Shown: positions 8,811 to 18,109 of the stretch, one piece after another
Position numbering within the stretch: position 1 is the first letter of the stretch
How the letters are laid out: every line of letters starts with the position of its first letter
Source of the DNA: an uncultured Flavobacteriales bacterium
GTDB taxonomy: Bacteria > Bacteroidota > Bacteroidia > Flavobacteriales > UBA7312
Direction: 5' to 3'
Length of the DNA: 46,784 nucleotides
NCBI GenBank assembly: GCA_964009845.1
Contig: CAXGIQ010000001.1
Span: 1-46,784, forward strand
Translations under genes and position numbers: made by a program
The notes under the pieces: generated by a model
What the model was told of the DNA's origin: nothing
The model's database searches: none
What the model saw: only the letters and a program-made list of their open reading frames with translations

Positions 8811-11792
8811 TTATGCCTTTTTATTTCTAATTTTTGTCTGATAAAATACTGATGGAGCTGTATTTATTTCTTCTAATAAATAATATCTTCTTTCATCTTT
8901 CTTAAGCTTGTTAACTAAGTGTGTTTCATCATTTACATCTCCAAAAACCATAGCTCCAGTTGGACATGAAGCAGAACAAGCACAACCATCATTTGCTTCT
9001 TTATGAGTTATTTTTCTACCTTCCCTTTTAGCGTCAAGTTTGATTTTTTGAATAGATTGTATACACATACTACATTTTTCCATAACACCTCGGGAACGAA
9101 CTGTAACATCAGGATTTAAGACCATTTTACCTAAATCATTGTTCATATTGTAATCAAATTGATCATTGTCACTGTACTGAAACCAATTAAATCTTCTAAC
9201 CTTGTAGGGACAATTATTAGCACAATATCTTGTGCCTACACATCTGTTGTAAGCCATGTGATTTAAACCTTCAGAGCTGTGAGATGTTGCAGCTACTGGA
9301 CAAACATTTTCACAGGGAGCATTGTTACAGTGTTGACACATAACAGGATGAAAAGAAACCTCCGGGTTTTCTGAAGGCTGCTCCATCATTTTGTATTTAG
9401 AAATTGCTCCTAAATCTAATTCATCTGCTTTTTCTTCAGTCATATCAGAAGAATAGTAGCGATCTATTCTTAACCAATGCATATCTCTACTTTTACGAAC
9501 TTCCTCTTTTCCAACAACAGGAACATTATTTTCAGCATGACAAGCAACAACACAAGAACCGCATCCAATACACGAAGTTAAATCAATAGACAAATTCCAA
9601 AAATGTCCAGATTCATAATCATGTTCTTGGTATAATGTTATGTCCGTAGCAAGTTGTGTTCCGATATGTGTTTCAAACGTAACATCAGGATTTCCCGCTT
9701 TAGGATTTTTTATATAATCTTCTAAATTTGCCTCTTTGACCATATCGCGACCCATCATTGTGTGATGCAACTGTACAGAAGCAAATTCATGTTCACCTTC
9801 AACTTTTTGGATACTAACATTATGGTAAGTATTCTCAAACCCAAAAACAAAAGCATTAACTCCAATTTTATTACCTGCCTTTCCTGCATTTGTTCTCCCG
9901 TAACCATAAGCCAATCCTAAAGTTCCATTGGCCTGACCTGGCTGAATTAAAACTGGCACATTATTAATCTCGATATTTCCTATCTTGAGATTAACCATAT
10001 CTCCGTTAAGAGCCCCATTTGAAACATTCCAATTAGATAAACCCAACTTTTGAGCTGTTTTTAAAGAAATTGTAAGGTAATTGTCCCAGCAAGCTCTTGT
10101 GACAGGATCTGGCAACTCTTGCAACCAAGGGTTATTAGCCTGACTCCCATCTCCTAATGCAGTTGACTGATATAACGTCAATTCTAAATCTGAATTTATA
10201 GAATCAGAATATATTTTTTGTTTTTTAAAATCTAAAACTTTGGCATCACCTTGATTAAAATAAAAAACTCCATCATGAAGCGACTTATTCCAAGAAACCT
10301 TTGAATCCCAAAAATTTTTTAGGTAATCGGCGTAGTTCTCACTAGAATTTGACCACTTTAACAACGAGTCTTGAAACTGTCGACTATCAAAAAGCGGAGA
10401 GATCGTAGGTTGAATTAATGCGAAACTATTATGAAATACATTGGCATCACCCCAACTCTCCAAATTATGTCTATCAGGACAAACATACATCACATTTGAA
10501 GATGTTTCATCCATCGATAAAGAAGTAGATATTGTTAAAGGAACTTTTTTTAATGCTTGATTAAATTCTAAAGCTAGTGGTAGAGAATAAGAAGGATTAA
10601 GTCCTGAGATAATTAAAGCACCAACCTTGTTATTCTTCATATCACTAATAAGATTAACTAGTTCATTATCATCTCCTTTTTTAAGATAACATGGATTATT
10701 GATATCTAAAGTTTTACCGTAATTACCCAATAAGTTGTTAATTGAATTAATAATTAATTGGGCATTAATATCGTTTTGACCTCCAATAACTAAAGATTTT
10801 CCAGAAGCTTCTATTAATTCATTAAACAACTTTTTGATTCTTATATCTGGATCAGAATCTCCTTTAATGGCGCTATGTAAATTTTCTAATAACTTAAGTT
10901 GTTCAGAAGGAGAAGCTGGAATCCTTTCATCAGCATTTGAGCCTGTGAGAGATAAATTTGCCTCAATTTGGAAATGTCGTGACATAAATCCATTTTTTGG
11001 ATTTCTGTTAGAAACATATTCTCTTTCAAAGTCTACGTTTAACCAACTATTCAAAAAATCAGCACCAAAAGAAACTATAACATCAGCTTTATCTAAATGA
11101 TAAGTAGGCAAGGCTCTTATGCCAAAATTAAGCTTATTTGCTTCAAGCATTCCGTTATATGAAATTGTATCATATTGTATGTGCTTTGCTTTATATTTAT
11201 CATTAAAATTATTAATGATTTTTTGTGTAGTTGGACTAATAATTGAGTTGGTTAATAGAACAATATCCTTATCTGTCTTTGATAGTTTTTCAATAATCTC
11301 ATCGTCTATTATTTCCCAATTTGCAGCAATGCCATTTTTCATTGGCGATTTTAAACGATTTGAATCATACAAAGATAAGACAGATGCAATGACTCTTGAA
11401 TTTGGAGCAGAATTAGCTAACTCATTACCTTTTATAAATATAGGTCTACCTTCCCTTGTTTTTACTAAAACATTTGAGAAGTCATTACCATCATAATAAC
11501 TAGACGCATACCAATTTGAAACACCTGGCGTAATTTCTTCAGGTTTTATAACATAAGGAATAGATTTATTAACTGGGGTTTCGCATGCAGCTAGTGTTGC
11601 AGCAGCAGTACTAAAACCTAAAAATTTTAAAAAGTCTCTTCTACTAGTTGAAGTCTTTGCTAAATTTTCATCATCACCAATGAACTCGTTAATTGGCAAC
11701 TTTTCAGCAAACTCATTATGCTTTAAAGCTTCAATTTCTGGGTCATTTGTTAACTCAGCTAATCCTTTCCAGTATTTTTTGTTTGTTGACAT
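8811..11792 (-). CDS. actB: alternative complex III subunit ActB (molybdopterin-oxidoreductase-like domain fused to a 4Fe-4S ferredoxin domain)
   Basis: 993 aa. Twin-arginine signal SRRDFLKFLGFSTAAATLAAC. C-terminal Fe-S motifs CIGCGSCVVACHAEN, CQHCNNAPCENVCP and CVGTRYCANNCPYKVRRFNW. Confidence 0.9.
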   Translation of the reverse strand: MSTNKKYWKGLAELTNDPEIEALKHNEFAEKLPINEFIGDDENLAKTSTSRRDFLKFLGFSTAAATLAACETPVNKSIPYVIKPEEITPGVSNWYASSYYDGNDFSNVLVKTREGRPIFIKGNELANSAPNSRVIASVLSLYDSNRLKSPMKNGIAANWEIIDDEIIEKLSKTDKDIVLLTNSIISPTTQKIINNFNDKYKAKHIQYDTISYNGMLEANKLNFGIRALPTYHLDKADVIVSFGADFLNSWLNVDFEREYVSNRNPKNGFMSRHFQIEANLSLTGSNADERIPASPSEQLKLLENLHSAIKGDSDPDIRIKKLFNELIEASGKSLVIGGQNDINAQLIINSINNLLGNYGKTLDINNPCYLKKGDDNELVNLISDMKNNKVGALIISGLNPSYSLPLALEFNQALKKVPLTISTSLSMDETSSNVMYVCPDRHNLESWGDANVFHNSFALIQPTISPLFDSRQFQDSLLKWSNSSENYADYLKNFWDSKVSWNKSLHDGVFYFNQGDAKVLDFKKQKIYSDSINSDLELTLYQSTALGDGSQANNPWLQELPDPVTRACWDNYLTISLKTAQKLGLSNWNVSNGALNGDMVNLKIGNIEINNVPVLIQPGQANGTLGLAYGYGRTNAGKAGNKIGVNAFVFGFENTYHNVSIQKVEGEHEFASVQLHHTMMGRDMVKEANLEDYIKNPKAGNPDVTFETHIGTQLATDITLYQEHDYESGHFWNLSIDLTSCIGCGSCVVACHAENNVPVVGKEEVRKSRDMHWLRIDRYYSSDMTEEKADELDLGAISKYKMMEQPSENPEVSFHPVMCQHCNNAPCENVCPVAATSHSSEGLNHMAYNRCVGTRYCANNCPYKVRRFNWFQYSDNDQFDYNMNNDLGKMVLNPDVTVRSRGVMEKCSMCIQSIQKIKLDAKREGRKITHKEANDGCACSASCPTGAMVFGDVNDETHLVNKLKKDERRYYLLEEINTAPSVFYQTKIRNKKA

Positions 11793-11801
11793 TAAATTAT
11801 T

Positions 11802-13055
11802 TTAATAATGACATTTTCCACATTCTAAACCACCTATTTCTTCAACAGTAAACTTTTGATCAGGGTGATTTTCTAAAAACTTTTTATGCATTTCTTCGTA
11901 ATAATCATTATCAGCGGTTTGAACTTCTGTTTCTCTATGGCAATTTATACACCACCCCATAGTAAGCTCTGAATACTGATAAAGAACCTCCATTTCCTCA
12001 ACTGGACCATGGCAATCTTGACATTCTAAGCCACCAGCAACGACATGCTGAGAATGATTAAAATATGCTAAGTCAGGTAGATTATGAATTCGAACCCATT
12101 TAATAGGTTTTTCTTCATAGCCCTCAATGTATTGACCTTTTTTTGGATCAAATCCAACTGCATCATATATTTTCTGAATTTCATCAGTACCAGAAGGTCC
12201 TTCGTTGATATATGTATGACAATTCATACACACATTAGCAGAAGGAATGCCGGAATGCTTACTATGTCTTGCAGATGAATGACAATAATTACAATCGACG
12301 CCGTTTTCACCTGCATGTAATTTATGAGAAAATTTTATTGGTTGCTCTGGAGCATATTCCTGATAAACTCCAATCCCAGTCATAATATTCCAAGCAGCAT
12401 TTGCTCCACCTACTGCAAGAAGAATAATCGTTGCAACTACTAAATAAGTTCTTTCTAAAAAGAATGAAACATATGAGAATATATTATCAACTATGTCTTT
12501 GGGTTCTTCTTTTGCAGCAATTTTCAACATATTCTTTACTTTCCAGAGACCTGCAACGAAAAGAATTAGTACTAAAAAAATAACCAATTGAAAATAATTC
12601 GAACTACTTTCATTAACTTCAGAAACAGCTAAATCAGTAGACGAAGAGCTATCAACCTGAATTAAACTCGGAGCTTCTTCAATGTAAGATAAAATGTCTA
12701 TTATTTCTTCATCAGACAAATGGAGAAATGAAGTCATGGGAGATTTATTATACTCTTCCCAAATAGCTATAGCTTGAGGATCTCCGTCAGCAATCATTTC
12801 AGCTGAATTCTTTATCCATTTTATCAACCACTCTTGGGAGTATTTATCATTAACCCCAGCTAAAGCGGGACCAATTAATTTTTTATCAATAGCGTGACAA
12901 GATGTACAATTAGCTTTATATAATTGCTCCCCGTTTTCAACAGACTGAGAAAATAAATTATTGGAAAATAAAAGGATTATGAAAAAGAGAGCTAATGACT
13001 GGTATAATTTAGAGTCACAATAGAAGAATTTTAATAAAAATATTCTCTTTTTCAT
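11802..13055 (-). CDS. actA: alternative complex III subunit ActA (multiheme cytochrome c with an extra N-terminal class-I cytochrome c domain)
   Basis: 417 aa with six CXXCH motifs. CTSCH lies in the N-terminal domain. After a TM segment come CNYCH, CMNCH, CQDCH, CINCH and CGKCH. First gene of the act operon. Confidence 0.85.
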   Translation of the reverse strand: MKKRIFLLKFFYCDSKLYQSLALFFIILLFSNNLFSQSVENGEQLYKANCTSCHAIDKKLIGPALAGVNDKYSQEWLIKWIKNSAEMIADGDPQAIAIWEEYNKSPMTSFLHLSDEEIIDILSYIEEAPSLIQVDSSSSTDLAVSEVNESSSNYFQLVIFLVLILFVAGLWKVKNMLKIAAKEEPKDIVDNIFSYVSFFLERTYLVVATIILLAVGGANAAWNIMTGIGVYQEYAPEQPIKFSHKLHAGENGVDCNYCHSSARHSKHSGIPSANVCMNCHTYINEGPSGTDEIQKIYDAVGFDPKKGQYIEGYEEKPIKWVRIHNLPDLAYFNHSQHVVAGGLECQDCHGPVEEMEVLYQYSELTMGWCINCHRETEVQTADNDYYEEMHKKFLENHPDQKFTVEEIGGLECGKCHY

Positions 13056-13087
13056 TTATAGAGTGAATTCTAATTTAAATGCAAGCA

Positions 13088-13095
13088 CAAATTTA
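13088..13095 (-). promoter_or_regulatory. candidate -7 box (TAAATTTG) for the act-cox operon
   Basis: On the minus strand TAAATTTG lies 32 nt upstream of the actA ATG, within the 173-bp divergent spacer. Confidence 0.3.
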
Positions 13096-13216
13096 ATTAT
13101 TAGTTAATTCATTACCATTTATTTTTTTAAGCTTTTTTGAGCGCTTTAATAATTTATAATGATTCTAAATAAATTAAGCAGAACCTATCCATATTTTTAT
13201 TTCAATCTAATATATA

Positions 13217-13224
13217 TACCTTTG
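13217..13224 (+). promoter_or_regulatory. candidate -7 box (TACCTTTG) for the SPOR-domain gene
   Basis: Reads TACCTTTG-cctt-ATG. The box ends 4 nt before the start codon. Confidence 0.3.
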
Positions 13225-13228
13225 CCTT

Positions 13229-13624
13229 ATGAGATTTATAAGCTTGATTTTTTGCTTGTTTATTAGCGCAATGTCTTTTGGTCAAAACGGTCAAATAACT
13301 ATTGACGCGGAGCCTCGAATTGACTCTTTAATGAAAAAACAATTAGAGTTTAATAAAGACAACCACGGAATTGAGGGGTTTCGGGTCCAAATACATTTTG
13401 GTCAAAACAGAGAAAAGGCGCAACAAATTAGAACTAAGTTCTCAAAAGACTTCACTGAGCTAAAAACTTATTTGGAGTATGATTCTCCGTATTACAAAAT
13501 TAGAGTTGGAGACTTTATCACTAGATTAAACGCTTACAAAGTTCAAAAAGAAATTAGCAAAAAATATGTGGGAGCTTATATTGTACCTGCTATAGTAGAT
13601 TACGAAGAAGTCATAAAAAAATAG
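13229..13624 (+). CDS. SPOR domain-containing protein (secreted, peptidoglycan-binding type)
   Basis: 131 aa. Signal peptide MRFISLIFCLFISAMSFGQ. SPOR-like core (GFRVQIHFGQNREKAQQIRTKFSKDF...YYKIRVGDFITRLNAYKVQKEI). Confidence 0.75.
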   Translation: MRFISLIFCLFISAMSFGQNGQITIDAEPRIDSLMKKQLEFNKDNHGIEGFRVQIHFGQNREKAQQIRTKFSKDFTELKTYLEYDSPYYKIRVGDFITRLNAYKVQKEISKKYVGAYIVPAIVDYEEVIKK

Positions 13625-13638
13625 GAGTAAAACTCCTA
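13622..13638. terminator. bidirectional terminator hairpin between the convergent SPOR gene and infB
   Basis: TAGGAG-taaaa-CTCCTA. It is followed by a T-run on the plus strand (tttttcttttt) and, in the reverse complement, by a T-run on the minus strand (ttttttt). Confidence 0.55.
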
Positions 13639-13661
13639 TTTTTCTTTTTATCTAAACAATC

Positions 13662-16241
13662 TTAATTCAGCTTCTTCTTTACTTCAACTTCTTCATACCC
13701 TTCAATAATATCGCCTACTTTAATATCATTGAAGTTTGCAATACTTAATCCACACTCGTATCCAGCTGACACTTCTTTTACATCTTCTTTAAATCGTTTT
13801 AAAGAAGAAAGTTCTCCAGTGTAAACAACAATGCCATTTCTAATTAAACGAACCTTGGTGTTTCGTGTAATTTTTCCATCTAACACATAACAACCTGCAA
13901 TGGTTCCAATTTTAGAAATCTTGAATGTTTCACGTACTTCGATGTTAGAAACAATTTTTTCTTCGATATCTGGAGAAAGCATTCCTTCCATCGCTTGTTC
14001 TAGCTCTTCTATCGCATTATATATAACAGAATACAATCTAATATCAATCTGTTCTATTTCGGCTAATTTACGCGCATTTACAGAAGGACGAACTTGGAAT
14101 CCAATAATTATAGCATCCGATGCAGCCGCCAACATTACATCCGATTCAGAGATTTGACCTACCGATTTATGAATAATATTCACTGCGATTTGATCTGTAG
14201 AAAGTTTTTGCAGCGAGTCTGACAAAGCTTCGATAGAACCATCCACATCACCTTTAATAATAACATTCAACTCTTGGAAATCTCCTAAAGCCAATCGCCT
14301 TCCAATCTCATCAAGTGTAATGTGTTTTTGTGTTCTTACACCTTGTTCACGCTGCAACTGCATACGCTTTGCTGCAATGTTTTTCGCTTCTCTCTCATCA
14401 TCCATTACATTGAACTTATCTCCTGCTTGTGGAGCTCCATTCAATCCTAATAACACAGCTGGAACAGATGGCCCTGCAGCATCCATTTTTCCGTCACGCT
14501 CATCCAATAAAGCTTTTACTTTACCAGAATAACACCCCGCTAAAACATAATCTCCTAACTTCAGCGTTCCTGCTTCAACAAGAATAGTTGTTAAATATCC
14601 TTTACCTTTATCTAAAGATGCTTCAATAACTGTTCCTATAGCATTTTTATCTGGATTAGCCTTTAATTCTAACAATTCTGCTTCTAACAAAACTTTATCT
14701 AAAAGCTCTGGAATTCCTTGCCCTGTCTTTGCAGAAATTTCTTGCGATTGAAACTTACCACCCCAATCCTCTAACAAAATGTTTTCGTTTGCTAATTGCT
14801 CACGAATCTTGTCAGGGTTTGCCGTTTCCCTATCAACTTTATTCAAAGCGAATACCATAGGCACTCCTGCTGCTTGAGCGTGAGAAATTGCTTCTTTTGT
14901 TTGAGGCATCACTCGATCATCAGCAGCTACTACGATAATAACAACATCTGTTACTTGCGCTCCACGAGCGCGCATAGCGGTAAAAGCTTCGTGACCCGGA
15001 GTGTCTAAGAAAGTTATTTTTTTACCATCTTCTAAAGTCACCTCATAAGCACCAACGTGCTGTGTAATACCTCCTGCTTCTCCTGCAATTACATTGGCTT
15101 TACGAACATAATCAAGCAATGATGTTTTACCATGATCTACGTGTCCCATAACCGTTACGATAGGGGCGCGAGATTTTAAATCTTCATCTGTATCCACAAC
15201 TTCTACAATAGAATCTTGGACTTCCGCACTCACAAACTCTACTGCAAAACCAAACTCTTCTGCAACAATAGTTAATGTTTCAGCATCTAAACGCTGGTTC
15301 TGTGTCACCATCATCCCTAAAGAGAAACATGCAGATATAATTTGAGTTGGAGCAACATCCATCATCTGAGCAAGCTCAGCTGTAGTAACGAATTCTGTTA
15401 CTTTAATCGTCTTATCTGCCTCCTCTTGCTGAAGCATGTCCAATTCTTCCTGCTCCTTTCTAGCCTGTCTCTTTTCTCTACGAAGTTTAGCCCCTTTATT
15501 TTTACCTCCTCCCTGAAGCTTCGCAAGGTTTTCTCTTACTTGCTTTTGGATTTCTTCCGGAGTAAGCTCTACTTTTTGTTCTTTTTTACCTCGGTTTTTT
15601 CTAACAGCTTTACGCGGATCAACCTTTTTGGCTATACGCTTACGCTTTTTCTTGGTATCTTCATTGTTTGAAGAAGCTACTGGATTTTTCTTTTTAGGCT
15701 TGAATTGTGCCAAATCAATCTTTTGCCCTTCAACAATTTTAGGACCATCTAGCTTGCCTGCTTTTGCTCGAATAACTGAAGGAGTATCAGCCAGAGCCTC
15801 CTCTTTTGGCTCTTCTGTTTTTTCAGATTTAGGCTTTTCTGCTTTTGGTTTTTCAACCTTCTGCTCAACAACCTTCTTCTCTACTTTTTCTTTTGTAGAT
15901 TCTTCTTTTTGAGTAGCAGCAACTTCTTCCTTATCTAACTCCACCTTATCCACTACTTTGAACTCGATTTTTGGAGCAGATACCTTTAAAGTTTCCACCT
16001 CTTCTTCTGCAGCTTTTTTAGCCTCTTCCTCTGCCTTCTTTGCTTCTTTCTGCTGTTTCGCCTCGGCCTTAACGATCATGTCTGGCTGATACTCGGCTAC
16101 TAACAACTCATGTACATCAGCTTCGATTTTAGAATTCCTGTTAAGACCATCTGCTTTAGGACCTAAAAATTCTAAAATAGTATCTACACCAACATTAAAT
16201 TCTTTGGCTAGCTTGGATAATCTTTGTGGTTTATACGACAT
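13662..16241 (-). CDS. infB: translation initiation factor IF-2
   Basis: 859 aa. GTPase motifs [17 protein letters not shown] and NKVD. Lys/Glu-rich N-terminal low-complexity region. Third gene after rimP and nusA. Confidence 0.97.
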   Translation of the reverse strand: MSYKPQRLSKLAKEFNVGVDTILEFLGPKADGLNRNSKIEADVHELLVAEYQPDMIVKAEAKQQKEAKKAEEEAKKAAEEEVETLKVSAPKIEFKVVDKVELDKEEVAATQKEESTKEKVEKKVVEQKVEKPKAEKPKSEKTEEPKEEALADTPSVIRAKAGKLDGPKIVEGQKIDLAQFKPKKKNPVASSNNEDTKKKRKRIAKKVDPRKAVRKNRGKKEQKVELTPEEIQKQVRENLAKLQGGGKNKGAKLRREKRQARKEQEELDMLQQEEADKTIKVTEFVTTAELAQMMDVAPTQIISACFSLGMMVTQNQRLDAETLTIVAEEFGFAVEFVSAEVQDSIVEVVDTDEDLKSRAPIVTVMGHVDHGKTSLLDYVRKANVIAGEAGGITQHVGAYEVTLEDGKKITFLDTPGHEAFTAMRARGAQVTDVVIIVVAADDRVMPQTKEAISHAQAAGVPMVFALNKVDRETANPDKIREQLANENILLEDWGGKFQSQEISAKTGQGIPELLDKVLLEAELLELKANPDKNAIGTVIEASLDKGKGYLTTILVEAGTLKLGDYVLAGCYSGKVKALLDERDGKMDAAGPSVPAVLLGLNGAPQAGDKFNVMDDEREAKNIAAKRMQLQREQGVRTQKHITLDEIGRRLALGDFQELNVIIKGDVDGSIEALSDSLQKLSTDQIAVNIIHKSVGQISESDVMLAAASDAIIIGFQVRPSVNARKLAEIEQIDIRLYSVIYNAIEELEQAMEGMLSPDIEEKIVSNIEVRETFKISKIGTIAGCYVLDGKITRNTKVRLIRNGIVVYTGELSSLKRFKEDVKEVSAGYECGLSIANFNDIKVGDIIEGYEEVEVKKKLN

Positions 16242-16278
16242 AAAAATAGATTACGCTCTTTATAACTTAAGTTCGTTC

Positions 16279-17514
16279 TTATTCAAATTCTGCTTGAAGA
16301 ACAGCTAACACATCATTAACTGTCTCTTCTTCAAGATCTGTTCTTTTTACTAGATCATTAGCTTCTACATTCAACACATCTCTAGCTGTATCACATCCAA
16401 TAGCTTTTAAGGTATCGATTACCCATCCTTCTATTTCATCAGAAAACTCTGTCAACTCAACATCATCATCTGCCTCATCAACATTTCTATATACATCAAT
16501 TTCATAACCTGTTAGCATGCTTGCCAAGCGGATGTTAAATCCTCCCTTACCAATTGCTAAAGATACTTGATCTGGGTCTAAATACACATCTGCCTTTTTG
16601 TTTTCATCATCTAATTGGAGAGATGAAATCTTTGCAGGATTCAAAGCACGCGTGATGTACAATTGAACATTATCAGTAAAATTAATGACATCAATATTTT
16701 CATTTCGAAGCTCTCGAACTATTCCGTGAATACGAGCTCCTTTCATTCCAACACAAGCCCCAACAGGGTCGATTCTTTCATCATATGATTCTACCGCCAC
16801 CTTTGCTCTTTCTCCTGGCACTCGAACGATATTTTTAATGGTAATTAAGCCGTCAAACACCTCTGGCACTTCTTGCTCGAACAAACGCGCTAAGAATTCT
16901 GGCGCAGTTCTTGACAGTATAATCAATGGATTGTGATTACGCATTTCTACACTTTTCACTACCGCACGAATATTATCACCTTTCTTAAAATAGTCAGATG
17001 GGATGGCTTCGGATTTTGGTAAAATCAATTCATTCTCTTCGCCATCTAAAATAAGCACTTCGTTTCTCCAAACTTGGTACACTTCTCCGTTGATGATTTC
17101 TCCCACTCTATCTTCGTATCTATCATAGAGTTCTTTTTTCTCTAAATCCATAATACGAGACACCAAGGTTTGACGAAGCGCTAACACCTGTCTTCTTCCG
17201 AAATCTTTCAAGAATATTTGCTCAGAAACTTCTTCCCCGACCTCAAAGTCTGGCTCAATTTTAACTGCATCAGAATAAGCTATCTCTAGATTTTCATCTT
17301 CTAAAGCATCATCTTCTACAATTTCTCTATTACGCCAAAGTTCCAAATCTCCTTTATCGACATTGATGATAACATCGATGTTTTCATCTGTACCATATTG
17401 TTTGGCCATTACGCTTCGGAATACTTCCTCTAAAACATTCATCATGGTTTCACGATCAATGTTTTTCATTTCTTTAAACTCCGAAAACGATTCAATCAGA
17501 TTTTTTACATCCAT
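16279..17514 (-). CDS. nusA: transcription termination/antitermination factor NusA
   Basis: 411 aa. S1 and KH regions are recognisable (GEVYQVWRNEVLILDG; VGACVGMKGARIHGIVRELRNENIDVI; AIGKGGFNIRLASMLTGYEIDV). Confidence 0.97.
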   Translation of the reverse strand: MDVKNLIESFSEFKEMKNIDRETMMNVLEEVFRSVMAKQYGTDENIDVIINVDKGDLELWRNREIVEDDALEDENLEIAYSDAVKIEPDFEVGEEVSEQIFLKDFGRRQVLALRQTLVSRIMDLEKKELYDRYEDRVGEIINGEVYQVWRNEVLILDGEENELILPKSEAIPSDYFKKGDNIRAVVKSVEMRNHNPLIILSRTAPEFLARLFEQEVPEVFDGLITIKNIVRVPGERAKVAVESYDERIDPVGACVGMKGARIHGIVRELRNENIDVINFTDNVQLYITRALNPAKISSLQLDDENKKADVYLDPDQVSLAIGKGGFNIRLASMLTGYEIDVYRNVDEADDDVELTEFSDEIEGWVIDTLKAIGCDTARDVLNVEANDLVKRTDLEEETVNDVLAVLQAEFE

Positions 17515-17524
17515 TTTTCAATGA

Positions 17525-17989
17525 TTAAAATGATATTACAATTTTTGTTTGATCTATTTGTTCAAAAGCAAGCTCATGTTGTTTTACAACTACTTGTTTT
17601 TTCTTTCCTATTTTTTCTCTAGTCTTCGTTTCAAGAACAATACCTTTTCCTACTTCAGCACTTAACATAGTTCCCAAAATCTTTTCTCCACCCTTTAGCT
17701 TAACATCTACCTTTCGGCCAACATTTTTTTCGTACTGCTTAAAAACTTTGAAAGGATCACTCAATCCAGCACTTGCAATTTGTAATGCAAAATCTTCTTC
17801 CTCTCTATCTAAGCTACCTTCAATATGACGACTCAATTTCACACAATCCCCCATCTTAATTCCTGGAAAAGAATCTATTAATACTTCTATTTGATTTCCT
17901 CCTCCTATTTTTAGCGATACTAAAAATATCCCTTCATTCTCTACAAGAAACTCATCTATTAATTGTTGAATCCTTTCTTTTGTTATCAT
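17525..17989 (-). CDS. rimP: ribosome maturation factor RimP
   Basis: 154 aa, in the canonical position directly upstream of nusA. RimP-like sequence (VSLKIGGGNQIEVLIDSFPGIKMGDCVKLSRHIE). Confidence 0.88.
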   Translation of the reverse strand: MITKERIQQLIDEFLVENEGIFLVSLKIGGGNQIEVLIDSFPGIKMGDCVKLSRHIEGSLDREEEDFALQIASAGLSDPFKVFKQYEKNVGRKVDVKLKGGEKILGTMLSAEVGKGIVLETKTREKIGKKKQVVVKQHELAFEQIDQTKIVISF

Positions 17990-18000
17990 CTCTTTCCATT

Positions 18001-18024
18001 AAAAGAGGGGACCATAGTCCCCTC
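18001..18024 (-). terminator. intrinsic-terminator-like hairpin (ends the Fn3 gene transcript; lies inside the rimP leader)
   Basis: The minus strand reads GAGGGGAC-tatg-GTCCCCTC followed by TTTT. It lies 85 nt after the stop of the 2163-aa gene and 15 nt before the rimP ATG. Confidence 0.55.
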
Positions 18025-18046
18025 ATTCATTCGTCATATTTCAGTG

Positions 18047-18077
18047 CAAATATACGACTATTTCCCTTTTGAGCAAA
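18047..18077 (-). promoter_or_regulatory. full-consensus Bacteroidetes promoter (TTTG-N19-TATATTTG) for rimP-nusA-infB
   Basis: The minus strand reads TTTG (18074-18077), a 19-nt spacer, then TATATTTG (18047-18054). This is the only promoter candidate in the window with both elements at canonical spacing. Confidence 0.5.
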
Positions 18078-18109
18078 AAGAATGTAGCCTAAGGCGCTTT
18101 CTTTATGCC

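Noticed and set aside
11119-11496. 125-aa plus-strand ORF inside actB, along with similar nested ORFs at 494..748, 1463..1732, 6576..6767, 7681..7932, 9404..9589, 10834..11100 and 12084..12278.
   Set aside because: Each lies antisense within a strongly supported conserved gene. They have hydrophobic, low-complexity composition and no recognisable motifs.
15342-15912. Two overlapping plus-strand ORFs (109 and 94 aa) opposite the infB N-terminal region.
   Set aside because: They mirror the Lys/Glu-rich low-complexity coding repeat of IF-2 (GAA/AAG runs read as TTC/CTT), which keeps antisense frames open by chance.
16269-16283. 15-nt exact match AAGTTCGTTCTTATT between the infB-nusA junction (16269-16283) and the adhesin upstream spacer (39130-39144).
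   Set aside because: One copy overlaps the nusA stop codon region and the other is intergenic, with no shared context. A rough composition-based estimate predicts several such 15-mer coincidences per window. It serves mainly as a caution for the other 15-mer repeat reported above.
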